DNA of 64,000 bases from Epiperipatus broadwayi (taxonomy: Eukaryota; Animalia; Onychophora): the NCBI GenBank assembly GCA_028023455.1, contig JAQFVV010000007.1:1302001-1366000 (forward strand). The letters are read 5' to 3'. Below the pieces are notes generated by a model, which made no database searches, was not told the DNA's origin, and worked only from the letters and a program-made list of their open reading frames with translations. Position numbers and translations under genes: made by a program. This document shows, piece by piece, positions 48,400-61,244 of the stretch (position 1 is its first letter; every line of letters starts with the position of its first letter).

Positions 48400-50075
48400 T
48401 AGGTATATACACCAGTAAACTCTCATATGTGATGTGATGCAATGTGACTTCTTATATGGAGTCAGGAATCTCTCAGCAACTATGCCCAAAGAAATCTGTT
48501 TACACTTTGAACCCCTTTCCATTCCCCACCCCAAATTTTCCCATATTTCTTCTCTGTCCTGATCCACCCCATTTCCACAACATAATCGTTGTCAACTCCA
48601 TGACCTTTAGATCTAAAACCCCCTTATCTTTTCCCAAACCCAGCATAAAAACCAATAAGCCACTTTCTGTATAATCACTTTGTTCATATTTATTCTTCCA
48701 CAACTTCATTATTTGTATCCTTTCTGCTTTCAGGCATTTACATTCAATTAACAGATGCCTAATATTTTCTATGCCTTCATTACACAACTTGCAGACAAAA
48801 TCACCCATATTTCTCCATTTACATCTATATTCACTTGTTGCTAAAGATCCAGTTCAAGCCTTAAACAATAAACTACTTTCCTTGCTATTATCATAAATTA
48901 ACTCTCACTCAATATTCTGTTTACTTCTATAAATATTTAAACTCTTTTTACTCTCCACACTAGCTCTCGATCTCTCTAACTCCCTATTCTTTATCATTAC
49001 ATCTATTCTTCTATCCCATTCCTTAACACTATAACACTCAACAATTCTCCTAACACAGTAATCCCACCTTTTGTATAAGTATACTGACATAAATTCTTTA
49101 TCTATCTCTTCTGCATATCACATTACTTTTGGCATCTATCTTGGTGCCTGCCCTTTATTCATAATCCAATTAAATACTATTTTGGCTATAAACTACAATC
49201 TACCAAACATTTTCATTTTGTTTTTTGCATCTCTCATATAAAAACTTGACCATCCCATTTCTCCTTGAATTGCCTCCTTTGCTGTCCACACTTATGCATC
49301 TAATGCATGTCTTCCTACTTCTCTTTGTACTTTTTCTAAGTAATATGATATCCTTTTACAACACATAATGCATCATTATCACCATATGTTAAAACTGTTA
49401 CTGCCACTCACTTCCATACGATTCTAGCTACATCATATTTATTATACGAGAACATTGTTAATTTCTTTATCAATCCCTTTTCTTTCTTTGATTCATTTAT
49501 CATTTTTTTCTCCCATTCGTCCAAGCAATTTCTATTACTTAAGACAATTCCTAAATAGTTATATCTATTCACCACACTTAACTTTATATCCCCCAATAAA
49601 AATTCTTTGATTTCTCTTTCCCCAGTATTAATCATCATTACTTTTGATTTTTCTTTACTAAATTTAATCCCCATTTCTTTACCCATCTTCGCGTATGTCC
49701 TCAGTATAACTTCCATATCTTCTCTTCTTTCTGCACACAAAAAAACATCATCCGGAAAATAAAAAACCCGACAATGTATATACTCCCTTGCCACCTATTA
49801 AAGGTATCTGTACCCCTCTTTCTAGTCTTTCTATTGCTCTCTCCATTTCTCTCAAATACAAGAAAAACAAAATATATGACCGAGGACATCCTTGCCTTAG
49901 TCCCACCTTATTTTTAACTTGAACTGATTCTATATTCCCTAATTGATACGTATAGTAATTATTTTCATATAATTTCTTAATAATATCCACTAAAGCTCCA
50001 TCCATTCCCAAATTTACTAAACTTACCCATAATCTATTTCTATTTACACTATCATACGCCTTCGCTATATCTATA
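48400..50075 (-). mobile_element. 5'-truncated non-LTR retrotransposon (RT + C-terminal Cys/His knuckle), clade unresolved
   Basis: IDIAKAYDSVNR, VGLRQGCP, FL(F)PDDVFL, YNYLGI and CKLCNEGIENIRHLLIEC; several frameshifts. Confidence 0.88.
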
Positions 50076-50199
50076 GACTATAAGTAATAGCGTCCTCTAG
50101 TGTTGGATACTGATATATGTACTGTCCATTACAATATATATATACACTATAGAAACAAAAGTGAATTTAAAAATATGAATAATGAAGCAAAATACATCT

Positions 50200-50345
50200 G
50201 CTGAGGTACATTATCCAAAAGATCTTCTAAATGCACTGCTTCCTGATGCGAAAGCTCCTCACTGATGAAATCCATAAGCTAGAAACCAGTCAGGGGATAT
50301 TGGATAGGACAGCAGTGAATAAGTATTTAATAAGCATACCATCTG
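50200..50345 (+). mobile_element. Family A fragment with hammerhead core at 50256-50297
   Basis: tcctca CTGATGA aatccataagcta GAAAC ca GTC agggga. Confidence 0.7.
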
Positions 50346-50667
50346 GCATCTTTTATTATTAAAGTTACACCGAGGAAAAAAGAATTTGCTACAGAAAAAC
50401 AAAATCTAATTCTACAAATACATTAGTATTTTATAATCATGAAAAAAAAGTTGAACATGGATTCAATCCAGGTATTTTTTAAATGATTTGTGATAAAAAA
50501 AAATGATAGAGAATAATCAAAGAAGCATGGTTTATTGTACTAAAAGAAACACATATGAATCAGGAAGACAATAGCCTTCAAATAAATAAATAATGGACCA
50601 ATGGACTTTTTAAATGTTGTTTAACATTGAATTAATTATAATTTTGATAACCATGAGAAAGACATTC

Positions 50668-51150
50668 TTGGGTATTATTTGTCTTTTATTGTATCTTTAT
50701 TTATATGAAATTATTTATGAAATAAAAAAGAATGGAGAAATATGAAAGTTGTTTAATCTATAAAAAAGATATTACACATGGGAGAAAGAGAAACTTAAAT
50801 AGCCATGTGTGTGGGCTGAAAATCAGATATATTAAGTTTATATCTGTGCTAGAGAAAATCTCTAGTTTAATAAATGATTAGTAATAATCATTACTTGTTT
50901 ATCAAAAAGTTGATAATGTAAAAGTTGGGAGTGGAGTAAATTGACACTTGAAAATAAAAATGAGACAATTTGCTCTACATAAATACTCTTTATGTAATAA
51001 AGATATATATGAGAGATGATGAACTGGCCTAACTGATGAGTGCTTGTTCAGCATGAAATACACCTTGGGGATTATTTGTCTTTTATTGTATCTTTATTTA
51101 TATGAAATTATTTATAAAATAAAAAAGAATGGAGAAATATGGAAGTTGTC
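50668..51150 (+). mobile_element. Family B retrozyme-like insertion: one 397-nt unit plus about 85 nt of terminal redundancy; degenerate hammerhead at 51028-51069
   Basis: ttggg...ttatttgtcttttattgtatc...aatggagaaatatg occurs at 50668 and again at 51065 (period 397). Core reads cctaa CTGATGA gtgct tgttc agcat GAAA tacacc ttggg. Confidence 0.8.
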
Positions 51151-51323
51151 TAATTTACACTGAAATTATACTAGGTTTATTAAAATAAATACTAAAACAT
51201 ACATTCTATTATAGTATCTCTTACATTATACAAATGTATATACAGTATATATATTTCTACAGATTTATCCATAATCATATAAATAATTTCAAAATATAAA
51301 ATCAAAAAGTCTTAAAAACTTAC

Positions 51324-51437
51324 CCAAAAATCCTGGAGGAGGTGGTCGTAATCCTGGAGGTGGAGCTGGAGGCAATGTTATGGCACCAGGAGGTGGTGGT
51401 CCAGTAGGTGGGGGTGGCAAACCAGGAGGCAAGGGAC
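51324..51437 (-). CDS. Internal exon of the proline-rich protein: (G)PLPPGLPPPPTGPPPPGAITLPPAPPPGLRPPPPGFL
   Basis: Acceptor cattttag, donor G|GTAAGT, 114 nt, phase 1-1, open frame. Confidence 0.9.
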
Positions 51438-51536
51438 CTAAAATGATATTTTAAGATTAATGATGATGAAACATATTATCAATTAATTATCTGTTAACTT
51501 TAACAAGAATTTATAAATCTGTTTAAATATATTAAC

Positions 51537-51671
51537 CCATTGGAGGTGGTGGTATTCGGGGTGGCAAGGCAAAATGTCTGAAGGCTGCTTGGGAATCAGC
51601 ACTAAGGGGAGGTCGAAGACCAGGTGGAAGAGGAGGAAATGGAATACCAGCACTTGCTGCTAAAGCTGCAC
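51537..51671 (-). CDS. Internal exon of the proline-rich protein: (G)AALAASAGIPFPPLPPGLRPPLSADSQAAFRHFALPPRIPPPPM
   Basis: Poly-T plus aatag acceptor, donor G|GTTAAT, 135 nt, phase 1-1; a 99-nt intron separates it from the next exon. Confidence 0.88.
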
Positions 51672-52934
51672 CTATTTAAAAAAAATATTGGCAATATTTA
51701 AATTTGAGACAAATAATGTGAATTAAAAGCTTATTCTGACTTTTTAAAAAAAAGAATATTAGAGTTTATTAATAAAAAAACAAACAAGTATATTGAAAAA
51801 GATGGATATAAAATAATGTTTAGCAATTTCCACTCTTACTATCAGTGAATTACAAAGAGTAAATAAGGTAAATTAATATATAAAATAAAGAAATTTCAGT
51901 GATATCAAATATATTTAAAAAAATCATTTAAAAAAAAAAACTTTCATAAACATATTCAAAGATTAAGTAACAATAAAAAATAATTCAGAACAATTAAAAA
52001 TGTGATATATTATCATATACACCTTTACCCTGCTTATCGATGGCAATTGGTACTCCAAAAATCATCGTTAAGCAAGAATATCGTATACAGAATACGTATT
52101 TATAATGGAGGTCTATGGGGAAAAAAATGGTCAGTTCCAGTCGACGTAAAATATCCACATTAGTTTCCAAGCTCAAAGATTTTCTTGATTTTTTTCATGA
52201 CAATGATGACTAAATATGGTATCTAAAAAGAAAAGTTTTATATCACTAGGGAAAAAAAATGCATATTTTCACTAGAAAGTGAAACTAAATTTGAATTTAA
52301 GAGTTTTTCTATTCTTCCGCAGAAGTTTTTCATTGTAATGAGAAAAAAAATCCATACTGAAGTACATTTTTTTAAAATTTGTATTACAGTACATATTACT
52401 ATACATTTATCTTTATTACTTATGTGAAATTATTCAAATTAAAAAACAATGTTTAATTATAAATTATTTAATTGAACATAAAGACTTATTACTGTACACC
52501 AGAATAACAAAAGGCTTAATGTGTATCGTAAATCAGTCAACTTTAGAAAAAAAAATTCAACTTATTTAAAAAAAAAAAAAACCCAATTGTACTAATTTTC
52601 TAAAACATACACAAAGTTTATTTTTCTTTTATTTTATATTTGCTATAAGTTGATTGTTGGAATCTTAATAAATACAGTACTATATTTTTAGCAATGTAAT
52701 AGTGCCTCCTCCCCCCCCCCCCGTTCGTGTACAAGAAAATTCATTAACATTTATTTTAAATACAATCTATTTTTCTTTTTAAACTTTTTCTAATTCGACA
52801 TTTGCGTTTTAAAATGTTTTTCTTTTGACTTGAAACAACTTGAGTCTAAACAACATGTTTATTAACGAAGTTACAAAATCAATAACTATTTTTACATAAT
52901 TATCCAGGTGTTCTAAAAATAATATATCGTAAGT

Positions 52935-53122
52935 GTTTTCCTGAAAGTTTGTGATGATGGTATTTTAGTTGTCCTGTACTGTATTTATATATTGAACCAT
53001 TTCATCATCTAATATAAGTGTTGAATGTCTTTAGAAAAATTAAACTTTATTTAAATAATCCAAGTACCGTATATTATATTTAAATAAAGTTTAATTTTTC
53101 TAAAGACATTCAACACTTATAT
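52935..53122 (-). mobile_element. PLE pLTR 3'-terminal fragment with a perfect 46-bp inverted duplication
   Basis: The minus strand is homologous to the pLTR end at 24180-24294. Arms 53012-53057 and 53077-53122 are exact reverse complements around a 19-nt loop. Confidence 0.8.
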
Positions 53123-54899
53123 GTACAGTATACAGTATTATAGATTCAGTAATTATAGATATTTTAAGTTTATACGTTCTATATTCAAAATACTGAATGC
53201 AGCACTAACATTGTGTTTCATGAATAAAATATTGTATGTGTATACAATTACCGCAAAGTCATTACCTGTATATGTATTACAATAATATACTTTTGCTTTT
53301 GGGTAAAATGAATTTAAAATACCTATTCTCTGATGTCATCAGTGATGCAAAATTCAAGATGGCTGTCCCCAAATTTTTTTATTTTTTCCCGATCGTTATA
53401 GTGAAAAATCGATTGTAAATCGAAGTAGTGGGTACAAATTGATGATGATCGCTATTGTGAAATATCGCTAAGTAGCCAATAGCTAAGCGGGGTAAAGGTA
53501 TATATATTTTATTGAAGGCACATCTTTTCCAAATAATTCATACCTCTTAAGATCAATATAATAAAAACCTCAAATTTGTCAACTTTTCTAATCATGAATT
53601 TTATTACTACATTGATTCCAATGACTTAGCAATGCACAATAAATAAGTTTCAAACCAAATTTTATTTTATTTCAAAATGTACTTTATTTCCAAATATGAT
53701 GGAAAATACCCCTATCATTAATCAATTATATATGATTAGGATTTATTCAAATATTGAAATGTACACTTATTTCAGGTTAATATATTTTATTTATAACTAT
53801 TTCATAAATTCAGCAATATCAAAATTTTAAAAATAAAAAATGCAAAGAAAATTTATAAAATGTATGATGAGATAATCTATTTTTAACGTTTGAAAAATAC
53901 TTTCATCATTTTGCAATGTTTTCTTCAACAGAATTTACCTATAAAATAAAATTATTTAATTATCATAAGTGTGTGTGTGTGTGAATATAACACTTTTTTA
54001 AATACAATTATCAATTAAGATCATAATGTAAATAAAGTGATAGGATATAGTGCAATTCTAAAGTTTAGGAATAAACTCTAGTACTTTATGGCAAGCTCTC
54101 CATTACAATGCATTTAAACTGTTAGTCTCCAGTAAAATTCATCTGGAGTAATAAATGCATAATAGATTATAATTTTTTTTCAAAACTCTCCTTAAACAGT
54201 CACAAATAACTGTAGTTAACGATGTAATTATTTCCATGAGTTTCATTCATTCATAGTTAAATTTATATTTCATTACTGAAAATTGGATTTTATGTAGATA
54301 AATGTATATATGCGCAGTTGTTTGTTCAATGTTTAATAATTTACATATGTTCTCATCCATATGGGAAAATACATTCCTATCAATTTAATGAGTTAGGGAT
54401 CGATCTCAGAATGAGTTATCCCTGTATAAATTGTAGGTGCATTAAATTAAGTTTACAACCCAAAAGACTACTTCTTATAATTATTGTACAGAAGGTTTAT
54501 TCATCACATGATCACCATTTTTTATGCTTTCTTATAACTGTTATTAAAACAGATAAAACTTACCATACATATTCAGTTAGGGTTAGGACTAAAATACAAC
54601 CCCTTTATAGTTATTATTATATAAGCAGTTATGTTTACAATTAGGATCTAAAAAGACCATTCCTTATGATTATTTTGATAAAGATAGCATTGATCTCTAT
54701 CCCATAGAGAGCATATATGTGTGTAAATACTAGGATACATGTGAGTTAAAGAATTGTTTATATTTATGGATTCATATGTATAGAATTATATTTAGGTTAT
54801 GAAGACAGGGTTCAAAGAACAGTGAATGTGTTATCTATGAATATATTGATATTATAATAAAATACAAAACCATAAAATAATACAATACTAGATAAAAAT

Positions 54900-56500
54900 C
54901 CAAACTTTACCAAGATCCTTACACGACCATGGTTTCATCTACTAAACAAATAGATCTTCTCAAGTGAAAATCAAACTAAAGAAGCAACATATATATATAT
55001 ACAAAACAAACAAACCTTCCTATAATTCATTTCAAAAACCAACTTCCTTTATATCAAAAGATGCTTTCATAAGATTGATAGCCTCAGATTCAAGAAGTTT
55101 TATCACTAAAGTTTCCTTTACTCTTCTTTTTAATTCATTCTTTTCATAAAAAATAATCATTGCATTGTCAAACAATATTTTATGACCTGTATTCAATTCA
55201 TGAATATATAACACTGAGTTATGATACTTACATTGAACTTTACTTATATGAACTTTAATCCTTTCATTAAGGCTAAATTTACCCTGACCTATATAAATCT
55301 TACTACAACTACAAAGAATCTTATAAATAATACCAGGAATAAATTTACTATCAATCGAATGTTTTAAACCATTCAATAAAGAATTCAAATCAGAAACTTT
55401 TTTCCATGCAACCTTCATTCCATCTAATAAATAAGTATTCTTATAAACCAAATTATAAATTGATGACTTAAATGTTAAAGACATAAACTCTTTATCATAA
55501 CTAACCATAAAATTTTTTCTATTAGTGTCATGACTATAAATATTATTATTAAATACAATATTTCTAATAAATTCATGATTATAATCTATTTCTATATAAT
55601 CAGCAGCAAATTGACCTTTTTAGATATCAGCATTATTACTAACATTATTAAGCATTTTATTCCTACAACAAAAATTCAATAAAGATATTTTTTTATGTAT
55701 AAAAAGCTGCTAACTATCAGGCCTAATCATATTTCTCAAATTCTTAGGTTTTATAAAATGACTACTAAATAAAACATTATCAACCTTCTCAACAATTTTA
55801 ATTTTACAAAATCAAAATTACTACTCTCAATAATAAAATTAATACTAGAATCAAAAGCATTTAATCCATTTAAAAATTCCTCTAGTTTTCCTTTCTGAAT
55901 AACAAACAACAATCATCAACATACCTAACAAATAATTTTAAAGAAACAGAAAATTGATTAATAACACTACATTCCAAAAAATTAATATAGACAGAACACA
56001 TTAAAGGAGAAATAACATAACCAATAACCCAACCCTCTGTAATTTTATAAAAACCATCATTACACATGAAATACATTGAATACTCTAACAGCAAAAGCAA
56101 ATCATGAATAATCTTAATCTTATCTGCAGAAATACATTCAATTTTTTTAAAATTGAAAGAAAACACCAATACTTTTTAATCTATCAACTGATTGATACAT
56201 ATTTTCAATATCTAAACTACCAAAAATACAATTATCATCTAAAACAAAAGAATAACACAAATTGACTTAATTTAATATAGTTCTTAAAAAATCTTATTAT
56301 AAAATTTGATATTTTATCAACAATTCCTCCTGTAAAATCAAAAATACATCTTGAAAGAAAACTATATTTATAAGACTTCAAATTAAAGAAAACTTTTGGA
56401 GCCACATAATCACTATGATAACAACTTAAATACGTAGCTCTATCAAAAATCTTTTTATTTTCCATAATTTTCATATTATAATTTTTATATTATGATATAG
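54900..56500 (-). mobile_element. Degraded PLE (RT + GIY-YIG) with a degenerate hammerhead in its 3' region (54922-54966)
   Basis: KLFVRYVDDC (55882-56169) and IIYKILCSCSKIYIGQ...ERIKVH (55032-55508). The 3' region reads cac TTGAGAA gatct...agat GAAAC catg GTC gtg. Confidence 0.85.
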
Positions 56501-57229
56501 AAAGATTAAAAGGATTTTGTTAAAGAAATAAATTGCATATCCATTAGTGAGTATACTTTGTAAATAAATTGTTCCATGATTTGTTAACTTTATTTAGGAA
56601 AATAAATTGTACATCAATTAATGAGTACATTTGTAAATAAACTATTATCACATGATTTACTTTATGTAAGATTGCATGGTTTACCATCCTTCATTGGGAT
56701 AACTTATGTTCTTTGTGATTTAGCCTGGTATTACAAAGGGAGCTGTGTAATGATTACTTATTATACTGACTAAAATATTGTTTTAAATATACATGTATTA
56801 TTTTATTTCTTGATGCACAAAGCCAGATGGCATCCATGTAATTTATGTAAATAAATAAATAGAGAAAATAAAAATAAATGAATTGTGCTAAATCTAATCA
56901 TTACACAGTAATACCATTAATTGTAAATTTTTGTTTGTCTGGGGCATGGGCATGAGTGTATCTGTTATAAACTCCCATTTGCCTGAGTTAGATGAATGAT
57001 ATATTAACCAAACTTTTTTTTATATATATATATTGTAATTATATTGTAAAACAAAAAAAAAAAACCCAACAACAAAAAAGAACAAAGCAAGTTGTGTTAT
57101 GAAGAAGACATACAAATATATGTGGTGTTCCAAATGCGTTCCAGGGGACAATAAAGCACTGTTAGTGGTATATCTAGTTATAATTGCATTGCACATAATA
57201 AGTATTAAACATTTTGAGGATTATTAAAA

Positions 57230-57758
57230 TGGAGAATGAAAATAAAATGAATGGAAAGTAGCAAGAAATAACGGAAGCAAATACTTCTGAAACTAGCAGT
57301 GAAGAAGATAATTTAAAAACTTTGGATATGGACAATATCCATGCAGATCAAATAAAGTATAAAGACATTAATAAAAAAAATAAGAATGCATAAGAATACT
57401 ACATCATCATAATTAGACATAATGCAGATGACTAACACATTATTTAGACAAATGGAACTGAGATTAATGGAGCATAATCAAAAGCAAATGGAGTATAATC
57501 AAAAGTAAATGAAGTATAATCAAAAACAAATGGAGCAAATAAATCAAACAAAAAAAAAATCATAAAAACAATCAAAAACAAATGGAGCAAATAAACCAAA
57601 CTATGCAAAATTATCAAAAAATTAATCAAAAGCAAATGGAGCATGATCAAAAGCAAATGAACCAAACTATGTATGGAACATAGTCAAAAATAGATGCAAT
57701 TAAGGTAGGAAGATAATCAAAAATGGAAACAAGATCACCAAAAAATAATGAATCAGAG
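57230..57758 (+). pseudogene. Coiled-coil ORF remnant with 21-bp (QKQMEHN-type heptad) repeats, N-terminal part; probably gag/ORF1 of an older retroelement
   Basis: atggagcataatcaaaagcaa-like repeats at 57467-57720. The frame continues at 62225 once the Gypsy is excised. Confidence 0.55.
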
Positions 57759-57933
57759 TGCAATGTTCTTGGTCATAATATCTAAATTAATAAATACACA
57801 TACTTTAGGTAACTATTAACTTTTATTAACTATTCGTGTACTCTAACATAACATCGATGTCGTGCGCTCACTAATCTCAATTGTCACCACTATGCGTCAG
57901 TTTGTAATTACAAGTATTAGCCATAACATGACA
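57759..57933 (-). repeat. 3' LTR
   Basis: Direct repeat of 62049-62224; PPT aaaaaagaagagt lies immediately 5' on the minus strand (57934-57946). Confidence 0.92.
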
Positions 57934-60900
57934 ACTCTTCTTTTTTATTATTTATTTACACACATAGTCTTTTAAATATACTAGAGGCCTTCTTCTGTTC
58001 GATTTTTCTCTCATCTCAGAACATTCGACTGGTATTCTTCTTGTCACTGTGCCATTGTCACTTGATGTTGATGGTGGTGATTTCTCTGTCTCAGTTACGG
58101 GCAACTGTATCTCCTCATCTGGTTCTTGTGTCTGTGGAGTTGTTATGAATCTTTCAGCTGTGTTCTGTAGATGTGTCTTGGTTCGACGAAGAATAGAGCC
58201 ATCCTCAGTCAAAATGCGATATGATTTTGGCTCGAGAGTTTTCTCAAGAATTTTATACTTCTTCCATATTGTCCCATCAGATACTTGTCTCAGTTTGTCA
58301 ATTTCCATGGGTGGAGATATCTTGGCTGTCTTGTCATAGAAACTTTTGTCGAGTTTGCCTCTGTATTAAGTATCTACAAGCCTTTTGGGTGGTGGAGATA
58401 TGAGTTGTTTTAAAAAGGATGGTAATTTTGTTTTAAGTGTTCTAGATATCAGTAGCTGTGATGGAGTAATCTTCATCCCACTTATCGGTGTATTTCTAAA
58501 TTCAAGTCAAGGTTAATTCTGGGTCAATTCCAGATTGATAAGCTTTGCGAAATAATTGCTTTATAGTTTGAACATTTCATTCCACAAGTCCATTGGAATG
58601 TGGATAGTGTGGACTCAATGTGGTCACTTTAAAACACCATTCCATTGTGAATTTGCAGAATAAGAATGAAGCAAATGGCATGTTATCTGCCATTACCTCA
58701 TCTGGTACGCCAAAGCATGCAAATATTGTTTTGCATAGCTTTATTACTGAAGCAGCAGTATTGTCAGGTATGTGAAGTACCTCTGGGTATTTAGAGAAAT
58801 AATCTACTAGGAGTAAGTAAGTATTGTTGCCAAATTCAAATAAATTAGCACCAATCTTTTCCCATAGTATTGTTGGCACAACATGTGGTAACAATGGTTC
58901 TTTTGGTAGAAATGGCCTGTATGTAGCGCATATTGGGCAGTTATCCAATAATGATTCAATATCTTTATTAATATTCAACCAATAAAATGATTGACCTGCT
59001 CTGGATTTTAGCTTCTCTATTCCCAAATGGGACTTGTGTAGCAAGCTCAATACTTAGGGTCGTAGCGATGTCGGTATAAATAATTTTCTTTCATGTTGTA
59101 GTATTCCATGATTCAGAGTGAATTTGTAGCGATTCTGCCAGAATTTTTGCAAAATTGGAGGTACATTGCACTTATGTTCGGCCAACCATTGCATATGTGT
59201 TTAATTAATTCTGACGCTTCCTCATCTAAAGAATAAGCTCTTTTTAAGTCATTGTCCCAGGTACTGACAATTTTGTTTGCAGTGCGTATTTCACAGGCAT
59301 CTTCTTGTTGTGTTGTATTTATGTAGTTACGTGATAATCTATCTGCGATGTAGAGTTCCTTCCCAGGGCAGTATTCAAATTTAAGTTTATACTGTTGTAA
59401 TCTCCTTATGAATCTTTGGAGTCTGGATGTGATTCTTTCAAAGGGTTTGTTTACAATTGCAAGTAATGGTTTATGATCAGTGTGTATTATTGTATTTCAT
59501 CCATATATGTAGTAATGGAACTTTTGACATGATTGACAATGCTTAAGAATTCTTTTTCTATTTGAGCATATGCTGTTCTGTTTTAGAAAGTGCTCAGGAG
59601 GTATACATAACTGGTTTCCCATTTTGGAGTAAAACTTCCCCTAGTTCTGTCTGTGAGGCATCTGTTGTATTATTACAGAAATTTTAGCGAGGTTGCATTG
59701 CAAATTGCCTCTTTTAGCTTATCGAAACATTGTTGGTAATACGAATTCCATACCCACATAATGTTATTTTTATTAAGAGATTGCAGGATGCTGTCAGATC
59801 TACTAAGTTCGGAATGTGTGGTAAGAGACAATTCATCATTCCTAACATTCGTTTCAACCCATGTTTGTCTTTTGGTGGTTCGAGCTTTTGTATTGCTTCT
59901 ATTTTATTAGGATCTGCTGAGATTCCTATTCCTGAAATCATTCGTCCTAAGTATTACACTTGCATTTGAGCATATTGGCTCTTATCTGGATTGAATTTCG
60001 CATTGCCCATGCGTGCTCTGTTTAAGACTTTTAACAAATTTTTGTTCATATCTTCAACAGTTTTTCCTCCTAATAAGAAATCATCAACTGTTATACTGAC
60101 ACCTGGTATATTGGCAAATAATTCATCATTTGTCCTCTAAAAATTTCTGATGATACATTTAAGCCAAAGAGTAAGTGGTTAAAGCAATCTCTTGCAAAGG
60201 ATGTATTAAATGTCATTAAGTCTGCTGATTCATTATCAGGTTTTATGTTCCAAAATCCAGATTTCATATCCAAAACTGTGAAATATTTCATTCCTGTTAC
60301 TGTACTTAAAACTGTCTCTGGAGATGACATTTTATAATGTTCTCTTTTTAATGCTTTATTAAGATCTCTTGAGTCTATGCATATTCTTAGAGTGCTATTT
60401 GGTTTTTCAACTATTAATAGACTGTTAATCCATTTTATTAAATCCTCACGTAATTGTTCATGTATACTTGGTGGAATTAATCTAGGTGCATGGACAACTG
60501 GTCTAAATGTTGGGTCTATTGTGAGGTGGTGTTTGCCTTCATAATAACCTACACCTTGAAAAACATTTTTGTATTTCTCATATATAGACTTGAAGTTTTC
60601 ACTTTCTTAATACTTAAATTATCTTTTCTACTCTTTGTTATTTTATCTTTGTTGTTGTTGGATATATTTTGATCATTTTTACTTTTGTTATTTTTCATCA
60701 TTACTTTTTGTACTGTAATTTTATTGTGTTTAATTAAACATAGTAACTCACAATCACTGCCACTAAGAAGTGTTGGTTCATATTCTTTTATTATTATAAA
60801 ACGTAAATTATGCAGATCTTTGCTTATTTTACATTGAGGTTTTGCTTTTCCTATTGGGGTGAAAAATGATCCTCCAAAAGTGTGTAATTTCTTCTTTGTT

Positions 60901-61244
60901 TTGTATATTATTGGTTGTGGATAAATGGTATTAAGCCCTTTTTTAGATATAATGTTTACATTGGCTCCTGTGTCTATTTCTAATTTTACTTTATTATTGT
61001 CTAATAAAATCTATTCGTACCAGCCATTAAACGAATGAGTTAAGTCTACACGTCTGACGTATGCAATTGTATTTTCAACATCACTGGTATGATGAACCCA
61101 ATGTTGTAGTATCATGTACTTCATGCACATAACATCCATTTCTATTCCTATTTTTATGATACTTTGCGTTTGAGCGTTTTTAAAATTTTATGGTCGTAGC
61201 TTCTCGTACGGCAATTATTGGCAAAGTGGTTTAGCTTTCCACAA

